From the NCBI GenBank assembly GCA_031273965.1, contig JAISQX010000058.1, positions 1 to 32,266 of the forward strand: a stretch of 32,266 nt of DNA, in the 5' to 3' direction. Below are positions 23,201 to 31,315 of this stretch, one piece after another. The notes beneath the pieces were generated by a model. It did not search any database, was not told where the DNA came from, and saw only the letters and a program-made list of their open reading frames with translations. Every line of letters starts with the position of its first letter. Positions within the stretch are counted from its first letter, which is position 1. The stretch comes from Clostridiales bacterium. Lineage in GTDB: Bacteria; Bacillota; Clostridia; Christensenellales; JAISNN01. A program made the position numbers and the translations under genes.

Positions 23201-26200
23201 AGGTTGAGGCGTATGTTGACGGCGTAACGGCGACAATAAGACCGACCGGCGCGGAAGAGCCGGACGATCCGATCACGGAGTCCAAAATAGTCGAATTGAC
23301 GGTAGCCGAGATAGAAGAGACTTTGACCGGTCACAGCAGCGTATACGACGGAACCGCGCAAAGCAACTATTACGACGATATCAAAGCGTATTTGGAAAAC
23401 GTTGTCGGTATAGCGGACGTGGACGTCGAGTTTGACAACATAAGGAAAGACGTGGGCGTATACGACGTAAGAATAACCTTAACGGCGGAAGAAAACCCGA
23501 ACGGAAATCCCGCTTTTGCGTACGGATTTAGCGACGGAGAATCGACGCTTGTCATAAACACGCAATTGACGATAACAAAAAGAGAGCTGACGATAACCGG
23601 AGGCATAACCGCCGAGGACAAGACTTACGACGGTAACAATGAAATAACCGTCGCTATAGGAAGCCTGCAACAGATAGGGAAAATACCCTCGGATGATTTG
23701 CAATTTGGCGTCAAAGACGGAAAAGGTTATACGGATAACGCGAGCGTGGGAAAGAATAAACAGGTATATGTAAACCTTATTCTTTCGGGCGCGGACGCGG
23801 ACAACTACAAAGAGAAGGCGTATATAGAAAACACGACTGTAAATATATTGCCGAGCGGTGTAAATCCCGATCCGGATCCCAATCCGGATCCGTCGGACGA
23901 CAGGATAATAGACTTGACGGTGGAGGAAATAGAGGCTTTATTCACCGATAAGCGCAGCGAATATGACGGAACCGTACAGATCGGCTACTATGATGATATT
24001 AAGGACTACTTATTATCCGTGGAAGGTATAGCAAGCGTGGACGTCGTGTTTGACAACTTGAGAAAGGACGCCGGCGCATACAACGTAACTATAACGCTTA
24101 GGGCGGATGAGGACACGAACGGAAATCCCGCTTTGGCGTACGGATTTAGCGATATGGAGTCCGAGCTTGTCATAAACGCCGTATTTACGGTTGAAAAGAG
24201 AGCTTTGACGGTAACGAGCGGTATAACCGCCTACGACAAGACTTACGACGGTAACAATGTAATACAAATCGACATAAGCGTTGTGAATTTTGACAGAAAA
24301 ATAGCCAGCGACGACTTGAGTATCGACTTGAACGGCGTTAACGGCTACACCGACAACGCGAGCGTCGGAAAGAACAAACCGGTGTACGTAAAGCTTGATT
24401 TTACGGGCGCCGACAGAGATAACTATAAGATTGAGGCGTACGTCAACGACGTAACGGCAACGATAAGACCCACGGGCGTGGACATACCCGACACGAATCC
24501 CGACGACGATAGAATAATAGACGGAATTGAGGTCGAAGAAATAATCGCGCTTTTTACGGACAAGAGCAGCGAATATGACGGAACGGTACAGAACGGATAC
24601 TTTGAATCTATAAGAGCTATGCTTTTGGCTATCGAGGGAATAGGATACGTATATGTAGACTATGGCGCACTGACAAAGGACGTCGGCGTTTACGATATCA
24701 AGGTTACGGTAAAGGCGGAAGAATACCCGAACAGGAATCCCGCTTTGGCGTACGGATTTAGGAACGGAGAGTCCGAAATAGTCATAGATGCGAAATTTAT
24801 TATAACGCCGAAGATGCTAACCGTGCACGGAGTAACGGCGGAGAATAGAAAATATGACGGAACGCCCACCGTAGACCTTGAAGTGAATAACATGACGATA
24901 TCCGGAGTGATATCGGGCGATGACGTTAATGCGACGATAACGGACGCGGACACCAACAAAGATGGAATACAAGGCACCGTCGAAACCGCCGCACCCGGGA
25001 AGAACAAAACCGTCTATGTGAATTTGTCGCTTAGCGGAGCGGATTTATCTAATTACAGCATAAAGGGCATAGCCGGTACGGTAAATATAACCGTCGGAGA
25101 CACGGAACCCGATAGCTCCGAAATCATAGGATGGGACGTTGTGGACGCCATAAAATATGCCGTGACGGATATAAGAACGACGTATAACAAGACCTCGCAA
25201 AAAGATGCGTTTGACGCGTATATTGATTCGGCGATAAGAGATTATACCGATAAAGTCGTTGTCTCTTCGGTGACCTTTGACAGAGATCCTTTCAACGCGG
25301 GAGCGTATACGGCGACTATAAGAATTGAGGCGTTCAGAGATTATCAAACGGCGTATGTGTTCGGTAACGGAGAAAGCTACTTTGAGTTTGAAAGAACCTT
25401 GACAATCGACAGAAGAGAGGTTATAATTCTCGGCGTGACGACGGCTTATCCGAACAACACCAGACCGTACGACGGAACCAACGTGGTGGCGATAGTAATG
25501 CCGGGCGCTAATAATTACAGCGGAATAATAGCCGGCGACGTAATATATATCTCCGCGCCCGTAGGCAATGTCGGCTATATGGTCGACGCCAGCGTGGGAA
25601 AAAACAAGAAAGTTGAAATAAACGCCACTATAGGCGGGGCGGACGCGCATAACTACGCGCTCAGACCGATTGCGGATGTGACGGTAACCATAACGCCGAC
25701 GCAAAACCAAAACGGCGAGGACTTGATAGTCGAAATGTCGGTTGAGGAAATAGCCGCGCAGATTTCACCCCTGTCAATCGAATATGACGGAAAGGTGCAC
25801 GACTGCGCAACACTGTACGACGAGGACGCGAACGGCATTAAAGACGGAGTGTACAACACCGTGTACGCCAATCCTTTTGACGGAATAAAATACGCATTGG
25901 AAGCGGTTATCGGAATTGCGGACGCGAGGTTTGACATAGTGAGATTGTCAAAAGACGCGGGCATATATAGGGTAATCGTTACGATAACGGCGGAATCCGA
26001 TCCGCTTGTGCCTATGGCTTACGCTTTCGGTAACGGCGAATCTAAGATTTCGTTTGAAACGACCTTGACCATAACGAGAAGGCAATTGACCGTGACTTCC
26101 GGGGTAGAGGTGGAAAATAAAGTCGGCGGCAAAGGAACTAAGATTTATGACGGAAAAACCGACGTAACGCTCAATGTCGCGACTATGGCGCCTAATTGGA

Positions 26201-26799
26201 AAGGCAAAGTGGCGGAAGACGATTTGTCGCTCATGCTCATTCATAATAACGGAAAGGCGGTTGGCTATACGGCTTCTCCGAATGCCGGAAAAAACAAGGC
26301 GATAAGCGTAAAGGCTTATCTCAGCGGAGCCGATGTGAGAAACTATGACGCGAACGTTATATTGGAGGGAGTATCGGTCGATATCTTGCCGAGAGAAATA
26401 ACCGCTAAGGTTACTATCAATGAAAAAGATTACGACGGAACGACCGGCGCAACCGTAAAAGAAGTGGAATTTGACAACCTCGTGGAAGGCGAAACGTTGA
26501 TAGAGGGCGTTGACTATACTATAGAAGCTCGCTTTACGGACGAAGAACCCGGCGACGACAAGAGCGTAATAGTAACCATAAACCTCGACAATGGAAACTA
26601 TGCGTTCTCCGACGCAAATCCGATTAACGGAACGGTTACCGACGGCGGCGCACACGCGGTGTTTGAGGTTAGGGGCGGAAGAATCGTTTCTACGGGAATT
26701 AAGCTTTGGGGCTGGTTCTTACTCGGCACGGGCACATCCTTTGCGATAGGAATATTCTTGTCTTTCTTAAAGAAAAGCGGAATGATTTTGGCGGCGTAA
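20278..26799 (+). CDS. 2173-aa modular cell-surface protein with alternating MBG-like and YDG-type adhesin repeats, an N-terminal signal peptide and a C-terminal TM anchor
   Basis: GGAGG at 20267-20271, 6 nt before the ATG. The signal/TM segment is WVWAGMLFLSVMFLLALMP..SYG/AAA. The motif set xYDG(T/N)..., GKNKxVYV and GAD(R/A)xNY occurs about 11 times, alternating with SEYDGTVQ...DAGxYDV...T(I/V)xK(R/K)xLTV modules. The C-terminus is LWGWFLLGTGTSFAIGIFLSFLKKSG. The domain family names come from motif recognition only. Confidence 0.9.
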   Translation: MGKNGYVQPAVRGVHGARARKQTLWVWAGMLFLSVMFLLALMPGYTGHSYGAAAAGGQEISESADDGDSFVAADKDIGDMTIDEIILLLETSASSPEGEVIYDGTVPEYGGLTEGSPFYIVLSSLRAIPGILEITIDIPGLTKNAGDYPFTTTLRTKPGYTFNEGTASASDYTINPEKTVITIQKEGIEFHIKPMILELSQKTPIISKTYDGYTTPGTALTISNFGTYFDTPALGAGDTIANVFDVGSCYYNDKDVDDADTFTINLSLKTDNYLFKNGVSNFDFDASINPKAIDFEIIDAQNKIYDGNATATRGEHFDLKFNGAHENISTTDYILDNAFYNNANIGKNRFITVQITLADTKKMHNYSLPVNEVYTDATLEIETNIRVSETELREITDVLLTDKESEYNGMTKSGIYDSAKAAIFVMLNKPGFPEKLESIDISFAPTSVIDAGTYTVTIVITLTADTIFSDNKEETREFTRVLTITPKVLTVSGITAQNKMYDGTNVITIITDSMNVGGIAAIDDNNEALLKVTVRGGNGHTLTAAPGVNKTVFIELDIEGSRASNYSDNATANTTVTIRPTGQEEPVDNLGTSPKIIGLTVDEIAALFEGMESEYNGLVQNNLYSAIITYLRSQDGIGDIKISFIDGIEKNAGVYNVRLTLTAIENPDEINGNLNPIAYAFSNGEAVLEINVQLTITKKALTVSNVTAQDKEYDGNTVIDMDTNAAVFDGQIPTDDLTISVVGETGFTADASVGKNKKVYVELTLGGADRDNYLLTALTDVTATIRPTGHEEPTDLPETEHLLVGLTIDEITALLADKSSEYDGTVQSGYYSDIIAYLESVVGIADVDVEFDNLKKDAGEYDVRFTLKADEDPVNEEAYAFSDEESTLIIDVKFTVEKRALRVTGGITAYDKTYNGDNVIPITESGVSYDRKITWDDLVASVLGGVGYTDNASVGKNKPVYVKLNFTGADRDNYKVEAYVDGVTATIRPTGAEEPDDPITESKIVELTVAEIEETLTGHSSVYDGTAQSNYYDDIKAYLENVVGIADVDVEFDNIRKDVGVYDVRITLTAEENPNGNPAFAYGFSDGESTLVINTQLTITKRELTITGGITAEDKTYDGNNEITVAIGSLQQIGKIPSDDLQFGVKDGKGYTDNASVGKNKQVYVNLILSGADADNYKEKAYIENTTVNILPSGVNPDPDPNPDPSDDRIIDLTVEEIEALFTDKRSEYDGTVQIGYYDDIKDYLLSVEGIASVDVVFDNLRKDAGAYNVTITLRADEDTNGNPALAYGFSDMESELVINAVFTVEKRALTVTSGITAYDKTYDGNNVIQIDISVVNFDRKIASDDLSIDLNGVNGYTDNASVGKNKPVYVKLDFTGADRDNYKIEAYVNDVTATIRPTGVDIPDTNPDDDRIIDGIEVEEIIALFTDKSSEYDGTVQNGYFESIRAMLLAIEGIGYVYVDYGALTKDVGVYDIKVTVKAEEYPNRNPALAYGFRNGESEIVIDAKFIITPKMLTVHGVTAENRKYDGTPTVDLEVNNMTISGVISGDDVNATITDADTNKDGIQGTVETAAPGKNKTVYVNLSLSGADLSNYSIKGIAGTVNITVGDTEPDSSEIIGWDVVDAIKYAVTDIRTTYNKTSQKDAFDAYIDSAIRDYTDKVVVSSVTFDRDPFNAGAYTATIRIEAFRDYQTAYVFGNGESYFEFERTLTIDRREVIILGVTTAYPNNTRPYDGTNVVAIVMPGANNYSGIIAGDVIYISAPVGNVGYMVDASVGKNKKVEINATIGGADAHNYALRPIADVTVTITPTQNQNGEDLIVEMSVEEIAAQISPLSIEYDGKVHDCATLYDEDANGIKDGVYNTVYANPFDGIKYALEAVIGIADARFDIVRLSKDAGIYRVIVTITAESDPLVPMAYAFGNGESKISFETTLTITRRQLTVTSGVEVENKVGGKGTKIYDGKTDVTLNVATMAPNWKGKVAEDDLSLMLIHNNGKAVGYTASPNAGKNKAISVKAYLSGADVRNYDANVILEGVSVDILPREITAKVTINEKDYDGTTGATVKEVEFDNLVEGETLIEGVDYTIEARFTDEEPGDDKSVIVTINLDNGNYAFSDANPINGTVTDGGAHAVFEVRGGRIVSTGIKLWGWFLLGTGTSFAIGIFLSFLKKSGMILAA
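22010..25090 (+). repeat. Five tandem ~603-620-bp coding repeats (about 201-206 aa each) inside the giant gene, with weaker copies on both sides
   Basis: The module-end motif (..TIRPTG..) recurs near 22012, 22632, 23236, 23848, 24466, 25085, 25690 and 26385. Segment 22783-22836 matches 23386-23439 at 53 of 54 nt. Segments from about 23114 and about 24349 are roughly 90% identical over about 130 nt, by eye. Confidence 0.9.
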
Positions 26800-26827
26800 T
26801 AAGTGAAGGTTTAAGAATTCTTTAAAA

Positions 26828-26864
26828 GAGGCTGTTTCATGATTTGAAACAGCCTCTTTTTTTT
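26828..26864 (+). terminator. Intrinsic terminator after the giant gene
   Basis: 12-bp stem GAGGCTGTTTCA (26828-26839) / TGAAACAGCCTC (26845-26856), followed by T8. Confidence 0.9.
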
Positions 26865-27124
26865 GTTTAGGGCTACGTTTTTATATCGGAGCGCTTCTTT
26901 GTCGTTTTGGATTGAGAGCGGAGCAAATATGATAACGCATATCGACGGCTTGCTTGCTCGTAAAAAAAGCATGTTTTTATAAAAATGCCTAAAAATATCT
27001 CTTTCCGATTGTATTTTTACTATAAAACGCTTGTATTCTCGGCTTATTTGTGATAATATATTAAGGCATATTTGGATACGTTTCAACGGCGTTTTCATAA
27101 TAAGTTTTTTTTGGGAGAAAAAAG

Positions 27125-27382
27125 ATGAATATTTGGGAGATATTATATCCGACTTTGATGTTTTTGATGACGGCGCTGTCGTTGCTAATGATATTTTTGG
27201 TATTGAGTCAGGACGGCAATACCGCCGATTTGGGCGCCATATCGGGTAATACGGAGACCTTTTTGGGTAAGAACAAGGTTAAGACAAGAGAGAGCAGGTA
27301 TAAACGCGCGACTATCTATAACGGAATAGCTTTGCTTGTGACTTCTATTGCGTTTTTTGTCGTGTGGACCTTGTCCGAATAA
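27125..27382 (+). CDS. secG: Preprotein translocase subunit SecG
   Basis: 85 aa with two TM helices around a Gly/polar loop (LVLSQDGNTADLGAISGNTETFLG). GGGAG SD. It shows the conserved Firmicutes secG-rnr synteny. Confidence 0.8.
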   Translation: MNIWEILYPTLMFLMTALSLLMIFLVLSQDGNTADLGAISGNTETFLGKNKVKTRESRYKRATIYNGIALLVTSIAFFVVWTLSE

Positions 27383-27433
27383 ACTTATTCTTTCCGTACA
27401 CGGGAACAAATACGGTAGCGGCTATTGACAAGG

Positions 27434-27469
27434 GCTGTTTCAAGATGACATTTTGGAACGGCTTTTTTT
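27434..27469 (+). terminator. Intrinsic terminator after secG
   Basis: 10-bp stem GCTGTTTCAA (27434-27443) / TTGGAACGGC (27453-27462) with two G-U pairs, then T7. Confidence 0.65.
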
Positions 27470-27586
27470 ATGGATAAAATATGATTTGCCCGAGAGCGTT
27501 TATCGGCATTTCGGGCGTTTTAAGGGCATTGTTTTGTCGGAGGGTAAAAGAAGAGTAATCTTAGCCGTCAAAACGAAGGGGATACG

Positions 27587-29686
27587 ATGGAATTTAAAAC
27601 CAAACTGTATGAGGAAATAAAAAGAGCGAAGATAAGAGGCTTTACGGAACGGCAACTTTTTGTAAGGCTAAATTCGCACACGGCCGCCGATAAAAAAGCC
27701 GTAAAGGCGGCGCTTGACGAACTTGTCGCCGAAGGCTTCTTTATCGTCGGCGCGGATAAGAAATATTTTACTCCGAAAGAAATCGGCGCGGTGCGCGGCA
27801 CGCTTCAGGGAAACAGACGCGGGTTTGCTTTTTTGATTCCCGACGAAAGCGGCACCGATATATTTATACCGCACCACGCTCTAAACGGCGCCATGCACAA
27901 AGACAAGGTTTACGCTACGGTAAAAAAGGTAAAGGACGAAAACGGCAGGCGGGAGGGGGAAGTCGTTTCCATATTGGAAAGAGGCGTAAAGAACGTTGTG
28001 GGTACCATAAGACGGTTTGAGGGAGGCGCGTTTGTCATACCGGACGATCCGGATTTTTTTTGCGACGTGATCGTCCATTCAAAGAAAATTCGCGGCGCGC
28101 TGAACGGACAAAAAGTCGTCGCGCGCATTACAAACTATGCCGGAGGTAAAAACCCGGAGGGGGAAGTGGCGGAGGTATTGGGCGACGCGGGAAATCCCGC
28201 CACCGATTTGATCGCAATCGTCAAGTCTTTCGGATTTGAAGACGAATTTGAAAAGGCCGTGATAAAGGAAGCCAAAACGGTTGCCGGCGCGCCTATAAGC
28301 CTTGAGGGAAGAACCGATTTGCGCGAAACCGTAACGATTACGATAGACGGCGACGACGCGAAGGATTTGGACGACGCGATTTCTTTGACAAAGAGCGGCG
28401 AATGCTATAAGCTTTGCGTTCATATAGCCGACGTGGCGCATTACGTAAGACACAAGTCTATGTTGGACAACGAAGCCTTTAAAAGGGGAACAAGCGTGTA
28501 TTTTCCCGGTAGCGTGATACCTATGCTTCCGGAGGAATTGTCAAACGGCGTTTGCTCTTTGAACGAAAACGTGGACAGACCCGCGCTATCCGTGGAAATG
28601 CTCATAGACCGCGAAGGAAAAATTTTGGGACATAAGATTTTTGAGAGCGTTATAAGATCCGACGCGAGAATGACTTATAAAAACGTCACAAAAATACTCG
28701 AAGGCGACGCGGAATTGTGCGAAAGGTACTTTGAAATTGTGCCGATGATAAAGGATATGTACGAGTTAAGCAAAATTTTGTACGACAAAAGAGAGAAAAG
28801 AGGGGCGGTCTTTTTTGTGACTAAAGAAAGCGTCGTCGATTTGGACGAAAAAGGCGCGGTAAGGGATATAAGACCCTATGAATACGGCGTTTCAAACGCC
28901 GTGATAGAGGAATTTATGCTTGCGGCGAACGAAACCGTCGCCGAGTTTGTCAGTCATACGGGATATCCTTTTATTTATAGAATACACGAAAAGCCTTCGA
29001 TGGAAAAAATGGAGATTTTTGAGCGGTTTATGTCGGGGATAGGTCTCAAATTCTCCGCGGGAGAGGGCGTCGCGCCGCAGGATATTCAAAATTGCTTGAA
29101 CCTTGTAAAGAACACCGATTACGGCGGATTGATAAACACAATCCTGCTTCGGTCAATGCAAAAAGCGCGCTATGACGTAAAGAATAAGGGGCATTTCGGG
29201 CTTGCCGCAAAATACTATTGCCATTTTACGTCGCCTATCCGGCGCTACCCCGACCTCGTTATACACCGCATAATAAAAATGATGTTAAAGGGCGGATTTG
29301 ACGACAAGTCAAATAAAAAAATGACGGCGTTTTGCGCTCAGGCGGCGGTTCAGTCAAGCGAAAGAGAAAAATCCGCCGAAACGGCGGAAAGAAGATGCGA
29401 CGATTATTGCAAAGCTTTCTATATGGAGGATAAAATAGGCGAAGTATATCGGGGAGTCATAAGCTCCGTCACGTCTTTCGGCATATTTGTAGAGCTTTTG
29501 AATACCGTAGAGGGGCTTGTCCGCGCCGAAGATTTGCCGTCCGACAATTATGTCTTCGACGAAAAAAAATATATGATTTACGGAAAAAATCACAAATTCG
29601 AACTCGGCTCAAAAGTAACGGTAAGAGTCGAATCCGCCGACAGGACGGCGAGGCAGGTATTATTTAAGATAGTCGAGGAAGAATAG
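27587..29686 (+). CDS. rnr: Ribonuclease R
   Basis: 699 aa. It has the RNB catalytic motif ITIDGDDAKDLDDAIS and a C-terminal S1 domain (GVISSVTSFGIFVEL). The GAAGGGGA SD is present. Confidence 0.95.
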   Translation: MEFKTKLYEEIKRAKIRGFTERQLFVRLNSHTAADKKAVKAALDELVAEGFFIVGADKKYFTPKEIGAVRGTLQGNRRGFAFLIPDESGTDIFIPHHALNGAMHKDKVYATVKKVKDENGRREGEVVSILERGVKNVVGTIRRFEGGAFVIPDDPDFFCDVIVHSKKIRGALNGQKVVARITNYAGGKNPEGEVAEVLGDAGNPATDLIAIVKSFGFEDEFEKAVIKEAKTVAGAPISLEGRTDLRETVTITIDGDDAKDLDDAISLTKSGECYKLCVHIADVAHYVRHKSMLDNEAFKRGTSVYFPGSVIPMLPEELSNGVCSLNENVDRPALSVEMLIDREGKILGHKIFESVIRSDARMTYKNVTKILEGDAELCERYFEIVPMIKDMYELSKILYDKREKRGAVFFVTKESVVDLDEKGAVRDIRPYEYGVSNAVIEEFMLAANETVAEFVSHTGYPFIYRIHEKPSMEKMEIFERFMSGIGLKFSAGEGVAPQDIQNCLNLVKNTDYGGLINTILLRSMQKARYDVKNKGHFGLAAKYYCHFTSPIRRYPDLVIHRIIKMMLKGGFDDKSNKKMTAFCAQAAVQSSEREKSAETAERRCDDYCKAFYMEDKIGEVYRGVISSVTSFGIFVELLNTVEGLVRAEDLPSDNYVFDEKKYMIYGKNHKFELGSKVTVRVESADRTARQVLFKIVEEE

Positions 29687-29865
29687 CTCTCGGAAATAAG
29701 CGGCGGGGCGAACTGAATGAGTTTTTTAGGGAAGCGAGAAGCTTTTCGAAAAGAATCATGCGGGCGCTTAAAAAAACGAAAGGCGTTTGTGTATATGCGT
29801 TCGGGCGGAGGGCGGTTGTAAACCTCAAAAAACCGCCTGAAATCCAAAAATTTTTTAAAAACATA

Positions 29866-29894
29866 TTGACATTGACTCGAATATATTATATAAT
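29866..29894 (+). promoter_or_regulatory. Sigma-A promoter (TTGACA-17 nt-TATAAT) for the GLUG-repeat gene
   Basis: TTGACA at 29866-29871 and TATAAT at 29889-29894, about 90 nt upstream of the ATG at 29985. Confidence 0.7.
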
Positions 29895-29984
29895 AGTAAA
29901 AGTGATTATATGTCTGTGCCGATACGGGAGCGGGCATATCCTCGGCTTATATCGCGTCGTTGCTTTAGTTGGGAGGAGAACCGC

Positions 29985-31295
29985 ATGAAGAAAAAGCTCT
30001 TATATATATTAGTTTTCTTGGTCGCTTTCGGCACGGTGATTTTGATGTTGCCATATTTCCGAAATACCGATCAGCCGAGAATGAGGTTTGTATACGCGAG
30101 CGCCATAAGCGCGGAGCACGCGACACTGCCCGGCGACGGCATAATAGACGGAGACGATTATACGGGCGGCGGAATAACGCCGGCGGACGTTGTGGAAGTA
30201 AAGTCCGGAACGAATGTCGTAAGCTATAAGCTTGTGCTTAGCGGCGCGCAAAATTACATCCTATTGAACGATATTATTTTACCGGCAAAACCCTTTACCA
30301 TAGAGGGCTTGAGCGCGGGGCAGATATTTAACGGAAACGGCTACAAAATCGACGGCGTTGTCATTAGACACGGGCTTGTAAGTAAAAATACGGGAACGAT
30401 CAAAAATCTTATAATCGGAGCGGGTTGCGTCGTTACGGGCGCGGCTGTAGCCGAAGAGAACTTAGCGAGCGGCGTTATTCTCAACGTAAAAAATTACGCG
30501 TCGGTCGCGCCTTATGTCTATACCGTGACGAGCGGCAACGTAAAGACCGAATACAGCATCGCCGGCGGATTGGTTTTTGACAATTACGGTACGATATCCG
30601 GTTGCGACAATTTCGGCGTCGTCAACGGTAACGGCGGAATAGCCCAAATCAATAAAGAGGGCGGATTGATTACAAACTGCGGCAATGAGGGCAGGATAAC
30701 CGGCGCAAAAGCGAACGCCGGAGGAATAGCCGGAGAAAATTACGGAAAAATAGAGAAGTCGTCCAACGGCGGCGCCGTTGATATGAAGGCAAAGGAAGCC
30801 GGCGGAATAGCCGGAATCTCGCACGGAGTCATTGACGACTCTGAAAACTATGAAACGGCGACGGTTGCGGGCGTGAGCAGCGCGGGCGGAATAGCCGGTT
30901 TATTTAAAGGCGAGATAAGCAATTGCCGTAACTACGGACTGATAAAAGCGACGGGAAGCGCCGGCGTGGCGGGCGGAATAGCCGGCAAATCGGTTTCGTC
31001 GGACAGCAAAATCACCGCTTCAAAGAATACCGCCGTCGTCATAGGCGATACGTCAAAGGGTATTTTGGGAAGCGGAGAAGCCAAACTTGAGAATGTCGTC
31101 AATTACGGAAGACTCAACGGCAAAACCGAGTTGACGGTACAGATAGACGAATTCCTTGAAAAAACAAAGATTATCATTATGGCAATCGTCGCGGCGGGCG
31201 TTGTCGCGGCTATGATTTCGATAGGAAAAGATCGGTATAAAACTATAAGAGACAGACGAGCGGAGATAGAATCCGTGCTTAATTACGGCGCTTAG
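29985..31295 (+). CDS. GLUG-motif repeat surface protein with N- and C-terminal TM segments
   Basis: I prefer the ATG at 29985 (GGGAGGAG at 29971-29978) over the track's 29910. The N-terminal TM is [18 protein letters not shown]. There are at least 6 repeats of N(Y/F)GxIxxxxNxGxV...(A/G)GGIAG. The C-terminal TM is [18 protein letters not shown]. Confidence 0.85.
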   Translation: MKKKLLYILVFLVAFGTVILMLPYFRNTDQPRMRFVYASAISAEHATLPGDGIIDGDDYTGGGITPADVVEVKSGTNVVSYKLVLSGAQNYILLNDIILPAKPFTIEGLSAGQIFNGNGYKIDGVVIRHGLVSKNTGTIKNLIIGAGCVVTGAAVAEENLASGVILNVKNYASVAPYVYTVTSGNVKTEYSIAGGLVFDNYGTISGCDNFGVVNGNGGIAQINKEGGLITNCGNEGRITGAKANAGGIAGENYGKIEKSSNGGAVDMKAKEAGGIAGISHGVIDDSENYETATVAGVSSAGGIAGLFKGEISNCRNYGLIKATGSAGVAGGIAGKSVSSDSKITASKNTAVVIGDTSKGILGSGEAKLENVVNYGRLNGKTELTVQIDEFLEKTKIIIMAIVAAGVVAAMISIGKDRYKTIRDRRAEIESVLNYGA

Positions 31296-31315
31296 GCTCT
31301 TCCTCTAAGGAACAT

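Noticed and set aside
21097-26655. Many minus-strand ORFs (up to 235 aa) inside the giant gene
   Set aside because: They lie antisense to a coherent, repeat-structured 2173-aa frame. Their translations are low-complexity (R/S/V/I-rich) and they recur with the repeat period. They are shadow ORFs.
20278-26799. Diversity-generating retroelement or phase-variable invertible switch controlling the giant gene
   Set aside because: The window has no reverse transcriptase or recombinase gene. The repeated elements upstream are direct, not inverted, relative to each other. The internal repeats differ by scattered substitutions, not adenine-specific changes.
26811-27098. 95-aa minus-strand ORF between the giant gene and secG
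   Set aside because: It runs through the terminator hairpin at 26828-26864, has no SD, and lies in AT-rich intergenic DNA that probably holds the secG promoter.
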